NCBI GenBank assembly: GCA_002633005.1
Contig: NMRA01000399.1
Span: 355,611-419,610 of the forward strand
DNA: 64,000 nt
From: Phoronis australis
Taxonomy: Eukaryota; Animalia; Phoronida
Direction: 5' to 3'
In this document: one piece after another, positions 26,708 to 39,174 of the stretch
Layout of the letters: the number at the start of each line of letters is the position of its first letter
Numbering within the stretch: the stretch's first letter is position 1
Program-made: the position numbers and the translations under genes
Notes under the pieces: generated by a model
The model's input: only the letters and a program-made list of their open reading frames with translations
What the model was told of the DNA's origin: nothing
The model's database searches: none

Positions 26708-27167
26708 AGTATTTTTAAGGGGAAACCACAATTGTTGAAAGAAAATGTCCGCATAAACCTTGAAATGTATGCGGGCGGCGCATATTGGTCGTAACATCAA
26801 AACATTTGGAACGCGTTTAAACATCTCTCAAACAACAAGCGTCACTAACTCTTCAGGCACGGTAAGTTACTGTAAAGTATCTTCAAATTTGAGTACAATA
26901 TAGCGGAACAGTAAAATATTATTACATCATAATAAACACAAGAGTAAACAAGAAGACGTTTATTTTATTATTTGAAAACTTTATATATTACTGCTGTCAT
27001 TAACAAACACACAAAGAGATTTTGAGTTTTTTCGGAAAATACAGTGAGCGTTTAAAATGAAAAATGAAAATTTAGTCTCTTAATTCGAATTTAAGAAACT
27101 TAACGTAATCGACGGCTGAGTATAATGTTTTCACCTCCAACAGCGGGTGCCACAGCGAGGGGGTGCC

Positions 27168-27168
27168 T

Positions 27169-27199
<31 letters not shown>

Positions 27200-27960
27200 T
27201 TGTAATATTTAAAATGAGGGTGGTCTCTTCAGTGTCAGCACTGCTTTCCAAGAGGACCCTCAAGAACAAAATATAAAACAGTAAAATAATACAATAAAGT
27301 AGTAAAACAATAATTAAATACATGTAACAAAGAAACAATTAAAACAGGTTTATAATTTAGATAATAAATAAATGACGAAGGATGATAACAATTTGACAGA
27401 GAGATGAAAGTAAATAAATAGATGATACTAAATAGTGTGAGTATTTACCACAATGAAGAATGACGTAATTAAGACAGGTAAGGTGTAAGAATGGATAAGG
27501 AAATTACAGCCACTTTTTTGAATTAAGTTTGAAAGTATTAATTGAATCGGGCCGATTAATATTTGAACAAAGACAGTTGCATATTGCAGCAGCAGCTGAA
27601 TAATGTTCTTATGTCTCAGGGTGAATACAACAGCAGTTTACAACAGAACAAGTTCAGCATCTTTTTAAATAGCATGAGAAAAGGTAGACTCCAAGTGCAG
27701 CTGTATGCGATGTGTTGTTTGTTCGTCCCCACTGTTCGTTTGGTGGCCTGTTTGTTGTAGAACTACTCACAACATAAGCATTAAAATTAAATGTCTATAA
27801 TGTCTGGTTGAAGTGGGTATAAAGTGGCGTTAACTTATTCTCGAGTTCCACTTTACTACAATCAATATCAATGGCTGCAAAATGGAATTTGAAAGAGTTC
27901 ATGAAATTTGTATTCACTGCATTATTGTAGCGGTAGTGGACACGTGAAATTAAGAACGGA
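27168..27960 (-). mobile_element. LINE 3' end with (TAAA)n tail
   Basis: (TTTA)n at 27168-27201 next to a stem-like gagggtggtctctt...aagaggaccctc segment typical of L2/CR1-group 3' ends; upstream degraded ORF2-like sequence. Confidence 0.5.
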
Positions 27961-29646
27961 GTATGAAATAAAACAATGTCATTTTCAGTCTTTATTCTAG
28001 GCAAAATTGCTACCCAGCAACGCCCTTGGAAGACTTTGAAAATACAAGCAAGGCATTATGCACAACTCTTGACCCATAGTGACCTCCTGAGAGTCTAGTG
28101 ATGGTGACTGAAAATTGCAATATGGCAGTTTTTTTGTCAGCAGGAAAAAACTACTAGTTACTTCGGAATTTCTGACAGGCAGACTCAAAATGGAACAATT
28201 TTTACTTTCTGCTATCTCAAATTAAGCAAAGATATAATCTCGGAAATTATAGACTTTTAGCCAAACCGGAAGAGACATCACGTAGGTAGTGATGGACGTT
28301 AGTCTAGTTGCGAATGCATCCCTGTTAATGAAGTAGTATTTAAAAGCCGGAAGTTAACACAAAGAAATAATAGAAGCGGAAGTAACTTTTTAAAAACTTT
28401 TCTGTATCATACTTGTCAACATAATTTCTGTTATTGTGTTTTTAAAATGTATTGAACTTTTATTGCTGACAAATAAATCCGAACGATCAGTCGATTAGAA
28501 TTGTGATTGGCTGTATACATGAATAAAGCTTAGTTATTGACTGATACCCGCTGGTACTAATTATTTTGGGAAGCATTGAAAATTATAATTTTGTCTCCAA
28601 AAGTACTAGGCCCATGGATCTGTATTCCAAATACAATCCAACAAGCGCGCGGTTCGAGGAGGGACGAGGGGAACATTCCCGGTTCGAAAACATTTAACTG
28701 ATGTCCATAAAGGGCAAGGTGATAAAGTTTGTCAATTATGGTCCGTGTGGTGAATGGTGACATTTATTTAGGAGAACTCGAAAGTCTTGCTGTCTTGAGT
28801 TTACACACCACAAACTTCATTAAAAGCTGAATATTACCGTTAGTGCCGGCCATCATTTTCACGTGCTCGAACAAATGGGAGATAATTTCTTAAGGACGTT
28901 CACTGAAATACTAATGATTATCATCATTTAGAGTGGTAATGATCCTCAGTCTTCTGTCAACGATGAAATCGCTGTCAGACGGGCAACCGTCAAACGCGCC
29001 CCTTCGTCAGTTCGGACACCTTTATCAGAGCCTGTCACAACGGCGTTATTTTTACGTTTTGTGTTCATCATAACCTCCATCAATGTAGCCTACCGTACGC
29101 CAAAATGTTGTCACCCAAGTTGACGGCTAGTAACATACTCCTAAACGGTCTAAAACGTCCACTTACACAACTAACTCTGATGAAAACGGGAGTGCCCTAT
29201 CTATGAATGTTCGTAACTACACAAAATTGTTCAAACTAATAAAACACCTTGCTAATGAAAGTACGACAATTCAACAAGGGCACAGACTACCGAGACGAAA
29301 CAACGAACATTTTTTTCGAACTGGCAAAATGATAACAGTTAGGCACATGGCAACGAAAGAATATTAATATATCTTATCCCTGACGTCTTTTGTACACTTT
29401 GTCTTATACAAATCGAACTCCGTTATTTAAATGACTTGACTTGAAACATCCAGTCAGTGTTAAAGTCCAGTAAATTCACTCGCGCCATCTATTGGATTGA
29501 CACTCAAAGCGCAAGCCTTCGCACTGATTCCGTGAGAACATCTGCCCATAGAAATCTGATGTATAGCACACAAACAAAAACACATTTGTTGTGCAAAGTT
29601 TCTTCCTTTGCAATTTTCACATTTACAATGAATTTCACATGAACAA

Positions 29647-29900
29647 TTTTGTTTTATGACGAACAGGCCTGCGTATATTTTGTTTTATGACAAACAGGTC
29701 TGCGTATATTTTGTTTTATGACGAACAGGCCTGCGTATATTTTGTTTTATGACGAAAAGGCCTGCGTATATTTTGTTTTATGACAAGCAGGCCTGCGTAT
29801 ATTTTGTTTTATGACGAACAGGCCTGCGTATATTTTGTTTTATGACAAACAGGCCTGCGTATATTTTGTTTTATGACAAACAGGCCTGCGTATATTTTAT
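29647..29900. repeat. 31-bp minisatellite (ttttgttttatgacgaacaggcctgcgtata), ~8 copies
   Basis: Directly visible. Confidence 0.92.
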
Positions 29901-29904
29901 CGAT

Positions 29905-30070
29905 CTATTCCTCCTCCTCCACGCCCATCTCCCATAATCCGTCGTCCATCGTTCATCATCATCCATCATCACTTTCGTCTTCTTCTTTTCCTTCTTCTTC
30001 GCCATCTTCTTCATCCTCTTCACCACTACAACCACCACCACCACCACCAGTATCACCATCCCTATCATCC
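29905..30070. repeat. Low-complexity TCC/TCA/TCT/ACC simple repeats
   Basis: Triplet runs giving poly-S/poly-P pseudo-ORFs. Confidence 0.8.
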
Positions 30071-32490
30071 ACGCACTGTTCTTCCATTCCTCTGACAAGC
30101 GTGAATCCTCTTGCCGCTTTCAACATTCAGTCGAAATTGAGAGATAGGGCTGCTCAATTATTAGGAATTATCGAAACGTAATCGATATTATGAATTGACA
30201 CGACATTTTGCCGGCATACTTTCAAAAATCTGTGCGTGTACAAAAGTTCTCCTTATGCGTTTGCCACCTGGCGTATTCACCCAACTGTGTGGTATATTCA
30301 CCTAACTGAACAAATTCATGTTTCGTACACAAACGCGTGGTGGCTGTTTTTGCTGCGGCTGGTGTACCGCGGGACGGTCCTGTGTTTCCAAGAATAACAG
30401 CTGCGATGCCACCTTAAACTGTTAAGATGTAAATTCCTAACATACTCCATGTATGTTCCCAATACCGGCAAGAAAACCAATGGTATCGATATTTCCCAGA
30501 AACTCATGGCGTCAGACGACACCCGTTGTACCTGAATTGAGTCTAACTAATGGTGTTTGAACAATCTTGCTTATTTGTCAATGTTCTCAGTGTACCTGTG
30601 GATTATTTGTGGAATGATAAGGTTTTAGACAAAGACTTGTCTGGTTGAGAACACTGGCTCGTAACCGTGCTCAGTAGTGATTGAATGTGAGTTGCGTCGC
30701 GTGAGTTGCGCCGCATGAGTTGCACCGCGCAACTGCCTGTTCTAGTCCGTGGCCTTATGGACGAAACAATTCATTTTCTGGCAACAACTACAAGTGCAAC
30801 GTTCTCTAATATAAAGCTAAATCATTTTCGGATATAAAATCGGTTGTTATGTTTCTTGTGCTTATGTCCTTCAATCGTTTTAGGATTATTATGATAAATG
30901 CTGTCAAAAGTAATAAAATACGCATTCCATGAATAAATTATGTAAAGCCAAAGAGTACGCATGTTCAAGGTTAAAAATGGCGAACAAGGTATTTTACTCA
31001 AAACAGCGTGTTTCTTGGCAACACAAAGCTGTTATGTATGAATATAAAACCATAGCCTTATTCTCAGGATTTTAGGGTAAGTGGCAAATGTCCCTTTAAG
31101 TCAGGAATTTTCTAGTACTTGGTGAGTAGTTGGTGTTCTTTAGTCTCTACCAGAGCAAAAGCTGCCCGCTCACCGCTGGAGAGACTCTTGAATTAAGGAA
31201 CGAAAGTTTCGGAAAGCAGAAATTCGATTTATAAGGAAGACGGAGACATTTTACCACCAGGTGTCAGGAAGAACCTGCGTACTTTAGAAAGTAAATGTTC
31301 CTAAAAATTATCATTGTTATGGAAATGTAATCCGACGACAGGAGAAACTGTCTTGGCGCAAGAAATTTATGAAACTTGACTATTTAGGAATATCCGTTAC
31401 AGCAGGGACTATTTTAATAAAAACCAAATGTTTCTAATTTCGTCACAAATTACTTTCGTTATACAATGTCGAGCTTTGATATTTATTGGATGTAGTCGAA
31501 TTACTCGCATGTTGTTAAAAAATAAATTCGAATTCTGCATTGATTATACACACTTCAAAAAGATATGTTATACTGAAAGAGCGTCATTTTTGGATAATGT
31601 TTTACCAAGCGCACTTACTTTAAAACTCATTTCATGACGTTTTTGAAGAGTGGGCAGAGCCTACAGTTTATCTTCGTTTGCAGACGACAGCACGTGCGTC
31701 AGACATGACGCATGTTATGACGGAGATTAACTTCCAAAGGGCAAATTAAGTTATTATCAAAAGCCACGTAAAGTGTAGAACGAAAGATTGGCCACTGGCA
31801 TTTTTCACAAAACGCGATTTTTAGTGATTAGGGCCGTTACTGCTGGCATGCCACTCGTGAAACTGCATGTTCCGACGACGTAAGACAAAAGACACGAAAA
31901 AAGGTTATTCGTTCTGGCAAGCTTGGAGTTGGCTGGGGGTAACGGAACAATTTTGGTGTTGCATCACGAAATGAATATTAAGCCCAATGTGGTGACGTAA
32001 AAGCACTACGTGTATATAATCAGAACTCAGCGATTTTTAAATAGAGCGTGTTTACCTTGAATCTTGTGCAAGAAGCCAGTAGCGTAGATTATAAAGTGAC
32101 ATGCAAGTATGTGCTTGGTTGTGCAAAAATTAAACTGTAGAGATTTCTAACTTTCTACGTTTCTTCGTGGTTGAGCGGAAGTCGTACTCATTTTCGACGA
32201 CAGAGAATAAACATGTGAAAATTGCGCCTCTGATTTCGAAGTTTTTGTATTTTCAACTTTTGTTTAATTTCATGAGCTGAGTTTTTTATTACACTAGGTA
32301 CGCCGTCGCAGTGGGTGTATACAAGGAAAATTCGCAGATACGACCAGGGCGTACATTTGGGAAAAATTATACATGACTGAATTCTAAAACTTTCCCTAGT
32401 TGTGATGAAAGATTTAGAACACGAAATGAGTTAAGACATTGTTGTCGATCTTGTTTTCTATTATAGCTATAAGATTACTGAGATTAATTG

Positions 32491-34237
32491 ATTACTCTGC
32501 GCGTGCAAGCTCAGAGTACTGTTGTTTCTGGGTTTTCTTCAATTTTATTATTCTTATTACTCCGCGCGTGCAAGCGCTGGGTTTTCTTCAATTTTATTCT
32601 TCATATTCTTATTCTTATTCTTCTTATTCTTCTTCCGATCAAGTTTGACGCTTAATAACTCCAAATTGGGTGCAGGTACGGTCTTTAAATTCAGCATATG
32701 ATTTTTGACAGTATATAAATTTTAATTCGTTATATAATCATATTCCGTAATGCACCGGAAGAGGTCGTTTGGTGCAAAGGTCATAAAATTTTCAAAATGC
32801 TACTCCTTCTTCAGTTTTAAAGCTATCTTTTTCAAATTCGGTGCACAGGTATAAGTCAATAAGGCAATTTAAAAAATACTTTTCTAAATAATCGGGTCAT
32901 CCAATCAGGTGAAATAGGTGAAAGGTCATTAGGTGCAAACTCAAATTTTGAGCTAGACACTTCAAATAAACAGATCTGATTGGCAAATGAAATTCAATTC
33001 GGAATCCAAAGTTTCAGGTCATTTAGTGCAAACATGGGGTCATTATGTGCATTTTACTTCTGAAAATTTGACCTTTTCATTCACCAAGTGTTCTGATGTG
33101 TCAACCGTTAGACAACTGTGATTTTCAGCATTAAACACATTTTTCATGGGCTTTGCAACAATTCTCCTAAAAACGCTTATAATTCTCCGGATAGGTTCAA
33201 TTAGTGCAAAGGTCATGTAACGTTCAAAATGTTATATCTCTTACGTTTTACAAGGAATTCTGTTCAATTTCAGCACACTGGGGTAAGTCAACATGCCAGT
33301 TGAACACCCTACTTTACTACGCAATAGGCCTAACCAATCAGAAAAAAATAGGTCAAAGGTCATTAGGTGCAAACTAAAATTTTGAGCTAGACTCTTCAAA
33401 TTCACAAGTCTGATTGGTACGTCTAATTCAATTTGAAATACGAAGTCTTAGGTCATTTAGTACAACAATGGGGTCATTAGGTGCATTTTTCTTCCTAAAA
33501 TTTGTTCTTTTCATTCACCAATTAAGTATTCTGATGTGTCAACCGTTAGACAGCTGTGATTCTCAGCATCAAACACTTTTCACGTGCTTTGCAATGATTC
33601 TCCTGAAGACGCCGCTTATAATGCACCGGATAGGGTTAATTAGTGCAAAGATCATATAACGTTCAAAATATCATATCCCCTACATTTTTCAAGGAATTCT
33701 TTTCAAGTTCAGCACACTGGTGTAAGTCACCATGCCAATCGAACGTCTTACTTTACTATGCAATAGGCCTATCCAATCAGAAAATTAGGTCGAAGGTCAT
33801 TGAGTGCAAGCTAAAATTTTGAGCTAGAGACTTCAAAACTACATATCTGTTTAGTAAATGTGATTTAGTCTGAATTCGAAATTGTCAGGTCATTTGGTGC
33901 ACCCATGGGGTCATTAGGAGCATTTTTCTTCTGAAAGTTTGACCAATTCATTCATGTTTTATTCTAAAGTGCTTAAAGTAAAACATCTGTGATTCTTAGC
34001 ATTAACCACACTTTTAATCGAGTTTACAATTATTCCCTCATCCGGGCTCATAATCCACCGAAAGAAGTCAATTAGTGGAAAGGTCATCAAAATATTAACA
34101 TGTTATTTTCCCTACAATTTTAAAAAATTCCTTTTCATATTGGTAAACGGGTTGCTGTCAGTAACTTCCCACAACAATTCCAGTAATACGCACGCGCAGA
34201 ATCCATTGTTGTCAAGCCGTGACAATAATCTTTCTAG
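32491..34237 (+). mobile_element. Non-autonomous Helentron/HINE (DINE-1-like) element with ~435-bp internal tandem repeats
   Basis: 5' subTIR ACTCTGCGCGTGC vs 3' GCACGCGCAGAAT (34190-34202); TTC/TTA microsatellite near the 5' end; 3+ long repeats (same anchor near 32922, 33356, 33794); 3' hairpin ATTGTTGTCA-agccg-TGACAATAAT then CTAG|T. Confidence 0.75.
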
Positions 34238-34296
34238 TTGTGTTCATAATTACTGGATGAATTTAAAATTAGATCTAAACCTCTCAAAACGACATA

Positions 34297-34306
34297 AATA
34301 TATACA

Positions 34307-34339
<33 letters not shown>

Positions 34340-34345
34340 TTTTAT

Positions 34346-34431
<86 letters not shown>

Positions 34432-34441
34432 ATATACATAC
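34297..34441. repeat. (TACA)n/(TA)n/(TATATG)n microsatellite
   Basis: Directly visible. Confidence 0.95.
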
Positions 34442-34469
34442 CAGCTTCAAAATATCCCAGTAAATAACC

Positions 34470-35270
34470 TGATTAAGATGTTTGATACCAATATTAAGCA
34501 CATTATGGACTTTGGGGCAGAATTATGAGGTTCTCATCAAGCAAGCGATATCGAGGCTGTTCAGAGCAAATTTTGTAAATTTATTCTACGTTTGGGTAAA
34601 AATATACCAAATGTTGCTGCAATTAGTGAACTTGGTAGGAAGTCTAAGTACTCACAAAGATTAATTAACATTGCTAAAAGCGGATGATACAAGATATATT
34701 AAAAATGTTACCCAATGCCAGGGGCGAATACAGGATTTTGAGCTGGGGGGGGCAGCAGGGTAGAGTAATAGCCAGAATCTTGCCCGCCAGACATTCGCAC
34801 CTCCGAACTGCCTCATGCAAGCTGGAAGAATTTTAGGGGTGAGGGCATGGTCCCCTTGCACCCCCCCTTAAATCCGCCACTGAATGCAACTCGAAATGGC
34901 CGAAAATGATGACATCGTAGTTGTTGGTGCTTAAACACCAAACGCTAATGTTATTTCATTTTGGTTTTGGCTCTGTTTGAGAAAATCAAGTCAAATGATC
35001 AACTCTTACACTTGAATTTCAACAACGTGTCTGTGACATTGATGAACAGTGTTCATACCGTCAATAATTCGCTTACAAGGAAGTGACGCATTTCTAAAGA
35101 TATGCAGGAATTTTCACCGCTCGGCCTTTCTGAGCGGCTTGTACCGGGATCAAAAAGAGCGCGGCGCCGGAATCAGGTACAATTGTGATGACCGCATTGC
35201 CCGATGCGAGCAAGACCCAATTAATTGTAATAATTATCAGACCATAAACTGTATTAAACATCTCTGACTG
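34470..35270 (+). mobile_element. Degraded LINE ORF2 C-terminal fragment (Crack/Daphne-like)
   Basis: Fragments FDTNIKHIMDFGAEL, FCKFILRLGKNIPNVAAISELGR match the FCK.IL.L...N.A...ELGR pattern of L2-group LINEs. Confidence 0.55.
34719..34882. mobile_element. hAT-like MITE with perfect 5-bp TSD AATGC
   Basis: CAGGGGCGAATACAGG ... AAATCCGCCACTG; AATGC at 34714-34718 and 34883-34887. Confidence 0.8.
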
Positions 35271-36779
35271 TACGTCATGGCGAATTTTCAAAATGCATTA
35301 ACCACTAATTTTCGTAATAAATGAACACCACGGCGGTATTCAGCTGGAAAATAAAACAACCAAGTACGGTTTTCGATTTTTAAAATCGATGAACTAATAA
35401 TCTAAAAACTACAACCATTGGGTACGATTGAAAATAAACTACCGCGCGTATTGACATACTCGGTGGATATACAAACGCTGATCAGAGTTAACAATATCAC
35501 ATGACCATATTCTTTCAATCTCATTTAACCAGATTTTTGACCAGGAAACATTTGTTGCACCCACTTTTCATTTTTTATTACTATCAAAGAGCAAGAATAG
35601 TTATATAGTCAGTGCCACCGAAATTGTCCAGAGATTCCAAATCGTCAGTTTGGTGATCACCATATTTGCACTTTTGTATATATTTTATGATTTGAGTTCT
35701 ACTAAAGATTAAACTTTAATGACACGTGATATATTTAGTGTACCTATAATGTGGTAAGTCTAGGGATGGGCTCACAATGAATATAACTAATTAAGTTTAG
35801 CTGGCGATCAAAATCTACCACTGTTTTGGTACTTCAAGTTCAAAACTTAGATAAAAAGTTATCAACCCGTTCCCGGTAAGGAAAAAACAAGTGGGCAGAA
35901 GCATTAAAAGATAAATAAAGAAAACCAATATGAAACTTATGTTTCCTTTGGGAAGTGGCCCTTTGTGAAGATAAACACAAGTTAACCTTTTTAGTCATTT
36001 TGTAATATTTATAATGTACCAAGTTAAAACTACTCTCCAGAGTTGCAGGCTATAACTCTTGCAAATGTCAGAGAAAACCAAATTGGGGGTACTAACAACA
36101 ACCATTGTTGAGACAGTAATGCTAGCAATTACCTTTCCACTTCATTAGCTCATATCTACGTCAATACAAAGGACGTGCAGAATAGGCACCGTCAAAGTTG
36201 TCTGGGGCTTAGGGAATCAGAGCTGTCACCAGTGTAAGGGAGAAATTCTCCACATGTTGGTAAGACATGCTCTTAATAACGGTTGAAAAGATAGATTTTT
36301 TATAGAGTATTTAAGGGACAAAATATTTCACTGCTTGATAAACAGGTCCACACAGTTTTAGCCCAATGTTGAGTTAGGCATGTTAACTTCCTCCGTGATT
36401 CTCATGTCAAATGTGTGACTTCAATGAAGTAGAATATATGAGAAACATTTCTTTTTAAATCCCCATTTTACTCTGGTTTAAGACTTATGTTCAATATTTT
36501 TACCGAAAATCATCTTTCAGTTTCTTTTATGTTCGTTAATCTCATCCGGGCACTAGGCGGCTATAGTAGCTCAGTACAAACGATGCAAAAGTATTGAATA
36601 TCTTTAGGCCTCGATTTCTGTTCTGCGTTGAGGAGAGGCACGCTTTTTGTGGCATTCAAGTAGTACCTTAATTGGCATTGTATTTGTATATGGGTCTGTG
36701 GAATTTGTGAATAAATAACAAAAAATGTAAATGGGCACCAAAACTGTAACATGTAGGCCTACTACAACTTACTCTTTGA

Positions 36780-37534
36780 GGGAAGTGTCTCGGAAAGTTC
36801 CCATTTGCGCACCGGTTACAAAATTAATACACCTGAGCGCATATTGGTCACTTCAAAATAAACGCTCCGAATTAACTTTTGGTCCCTAAGCTGTCATTCT
36901 CCGAATGTACGCCCCGGATTTGTCCTCACTCCGAATCCGCAGTAGCCAGTAGCCTGACGGCCGCTGCTCACTACTAGATCGGGGAAAATGAAGTCAAAAG
37001 TTGTGCGTAGCTTTCTGAGGTAAAGCGGGGTAGACAAAACAGATAGAAACGTAAACTGTACGTAATTAATTTTTAGAATATCCTGCATCGTGATACAGTA
37101 CGAAAGTTTGATCGCCTAGTGAATATCACCAGTGATCTGACAAGTGATATCGTCGAACATATTCAACAGTTTGAACGCATAATTAATTTCCTGTCACGTG
37201 ACCAGGCGAAAGCGGTCTCTACTTCGCAAGACGGGATCTTTGACTCAGTTTCAGTAGAAATTGATGAGAAAACGTTTGGGTTTTTGTGATTTATGGTTGG
37301 TGATTGCTTGCAATTATTTAGTTCTGCTGAAAAATTCTTTCTGTGATTACCGGGTTAATCCATCAGTTTTTACCTGGAAGACACCAGTTTCGTCGGCGTA
37401 CGAAAACGTCATTCGTTTGAGTGTCTGAAATCAGAAATATTGTGAACAGTTGTGACCCAATTTCAACAGTATCGATGAATCTGATTCTTCGTAAGACTTG
37501 AGTAGTACGTGGCAATACAGTGCGTGGTTCTAAA
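36780..37534 (+). promoter_or_regulatory. Probable NOS1AP promoter/5'UTR region with palindromic E-box GTCACGTGAC at 37193-37202
   Basis: CpG-retaining stretch directly upstream of the first coding exon; CpG becomes scarce after ~37750. Confidence 0.45.
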
Positions 37535-37639
37535 ATGCCTAGCAAAAGGTATGATTTAGTGGGCGATGACGGTTTAGACAGCCGCATTCCGCTACACAAC
37601 GATGAGGCATTTCAACACGGAATTTATTTCCCGGCCAAG
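37535..37639 (+). CDS. NOS1AP: NOS1AP/CAPON (PTB-domain adaptor) coding exon 1
   Basis: [35 protein letters not shown] closely matches the CAPON N-terminus as I recall it ([35 protein letters not shown]); donor AAG|gtaagt. Confidence 0.93.
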
Positions 37640-38807
37640 GTAAGTAGACCTACTTGTGTCTCATTCTGTCGTCAAAACGTATCACTGTCAGTTGGAAAAT
37701 TTTCTGGTCCGAGTAGCAGGTACATGTAAAATACTAGTCTGGCATAATCTAAGAAAATTTTGCATTGCTACAGATTTTCAGCTCATGATTAGGGTACCTG
37801 TCAATTAAAAGAAACTAGGTCACACCTGAAGTTCTGTTGAAGGATATCTGATTACTAACGTGCAATAACGCACTTGATTTGAGACAGGTGCAAAAGGTTT
37901 CTGTTTTTTTGAGCTGCGTTAAGTGGCAATAAACCTGCCTATTGTCAAAAAAATTAACATTTCATTTGAGTCACTTTAATTCCTGTATGAAACTTGTCTT
38001 AAATCGTTTATTAGTTAAATTAGAGACGATTCCTTGAAAGAATTAGCAATTTGATATTACGTGGGACATGGCTCTCTACTTTGTGACTTGTCTTGGTGGA
38101 TTATTCCATTGGCTGTGCTGAGTACATGGTCATTGATAGATAAGAAACCTTTCCTGGGACATGAATTAATTCTACAGTGTTAAATCAAATGTTGGTTTCT
38201 TTGATGTAATCCAGATTTTTGCCGCTTTAAGTGTCATGTCTGAACTTTTATCAGTTTAACCATTAATTTGAAAATCTTGTCCATATTTGTCCTACCCATT
38301 TAACGTTCTGTCCTCAATGTCGTTGAAGTGCTTAAAACCACCATTTGCATTATTTTGATATCTCACTACATTGTCAGCATCATTAAATGTTCCTTTATAG
38401 CACTCTATATCATAATCACGACAAAAACAGAAAAAAAGTGACTTAATTTATATTCTCTTAGCTTCAAGGACATGAGTGTGACATATGAATGTACCAGAAT
38501 GTCACGTCCACCAACATGCGAGTTTCTTGTACAGACTTGTGCGATATCCTCACTTTTCCGATATCTTGGGAAAAGTGAACAGTAGTGTCACAACGACCAC
38601 AGACTCAATGCCTCACCATTATTCATTATACCATTATTTATTATACCACAAAGGTGAACCACATTAAAACTAGCAGCAACATATGACAACATTATACACT
38701 AATGCAGTGGGGGAAGACTAGTGCTATGATTGGTTGTCCTGATTTTACGTAGAATGTATCGACCAATAAACACTCGTACCTCAAGATCAACTAATTAACA
38801 TATCAGA

Positions 38808-38809
<2 letters not shown>

Positions 38810-38861
<52 letters not shown>
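38810..38861. repeat. (GT)n microsatellite
   Basis: Directly visible. Confidence 0.97.
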
Positions 38862-38863
<2 letters not shown>

Positions 38864-39038
38864 CTGTTTTACAATGAAGGTGAATTGATAATCTTGAATG
38901 TTTCCAACAACTTGTGTTGCCTTATTTATATTGTTGTGAGGGACATTGCTATCCTGATAATTAAACTCCTGAACAATTTGAATAACTCCATGACACTGTA
39001 TGTGAAAAAATATATTGCAAACAATATTTAGAAAAAAT

Positions 39039-39174
39039 GTTGATATTAGTCCAATGACCAAGGGCCTCAAATGTTGATATTGGTTCAATGACCAAGGGCC
39101 TGAATTGTCGATATTGGTCCAATGACCAAGGGACTGAAATGTTGATTTTGGTCCAATGACCAAGGGCCTCAAAT
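39039..39174. repeat. 34-bp tandem repeat, 4 copies
   Basis: gttgatattggtccaatgaccaagggcctcaaat-type unit. Confidence 0.88.

Noticed and set aside
26299-26754. Repetitive Cys-rich or WKAGQPYDL ORFs
   Set aside because: Products of a 39-bp minisatellite open in several frames.
31170-31400. Possible RTE-like LINE fragment
   Set aside because: Only a faint motif resemblance (KAEIRFIRK); too degraded to call.
36773-37010. Divergent - strand first exon at the NOS1AP promoter (gtaagt donor at 36772)
   Set aside because: Only a 10-codon ORF and no convincing downstream exon; cannot be supported without transcripts.
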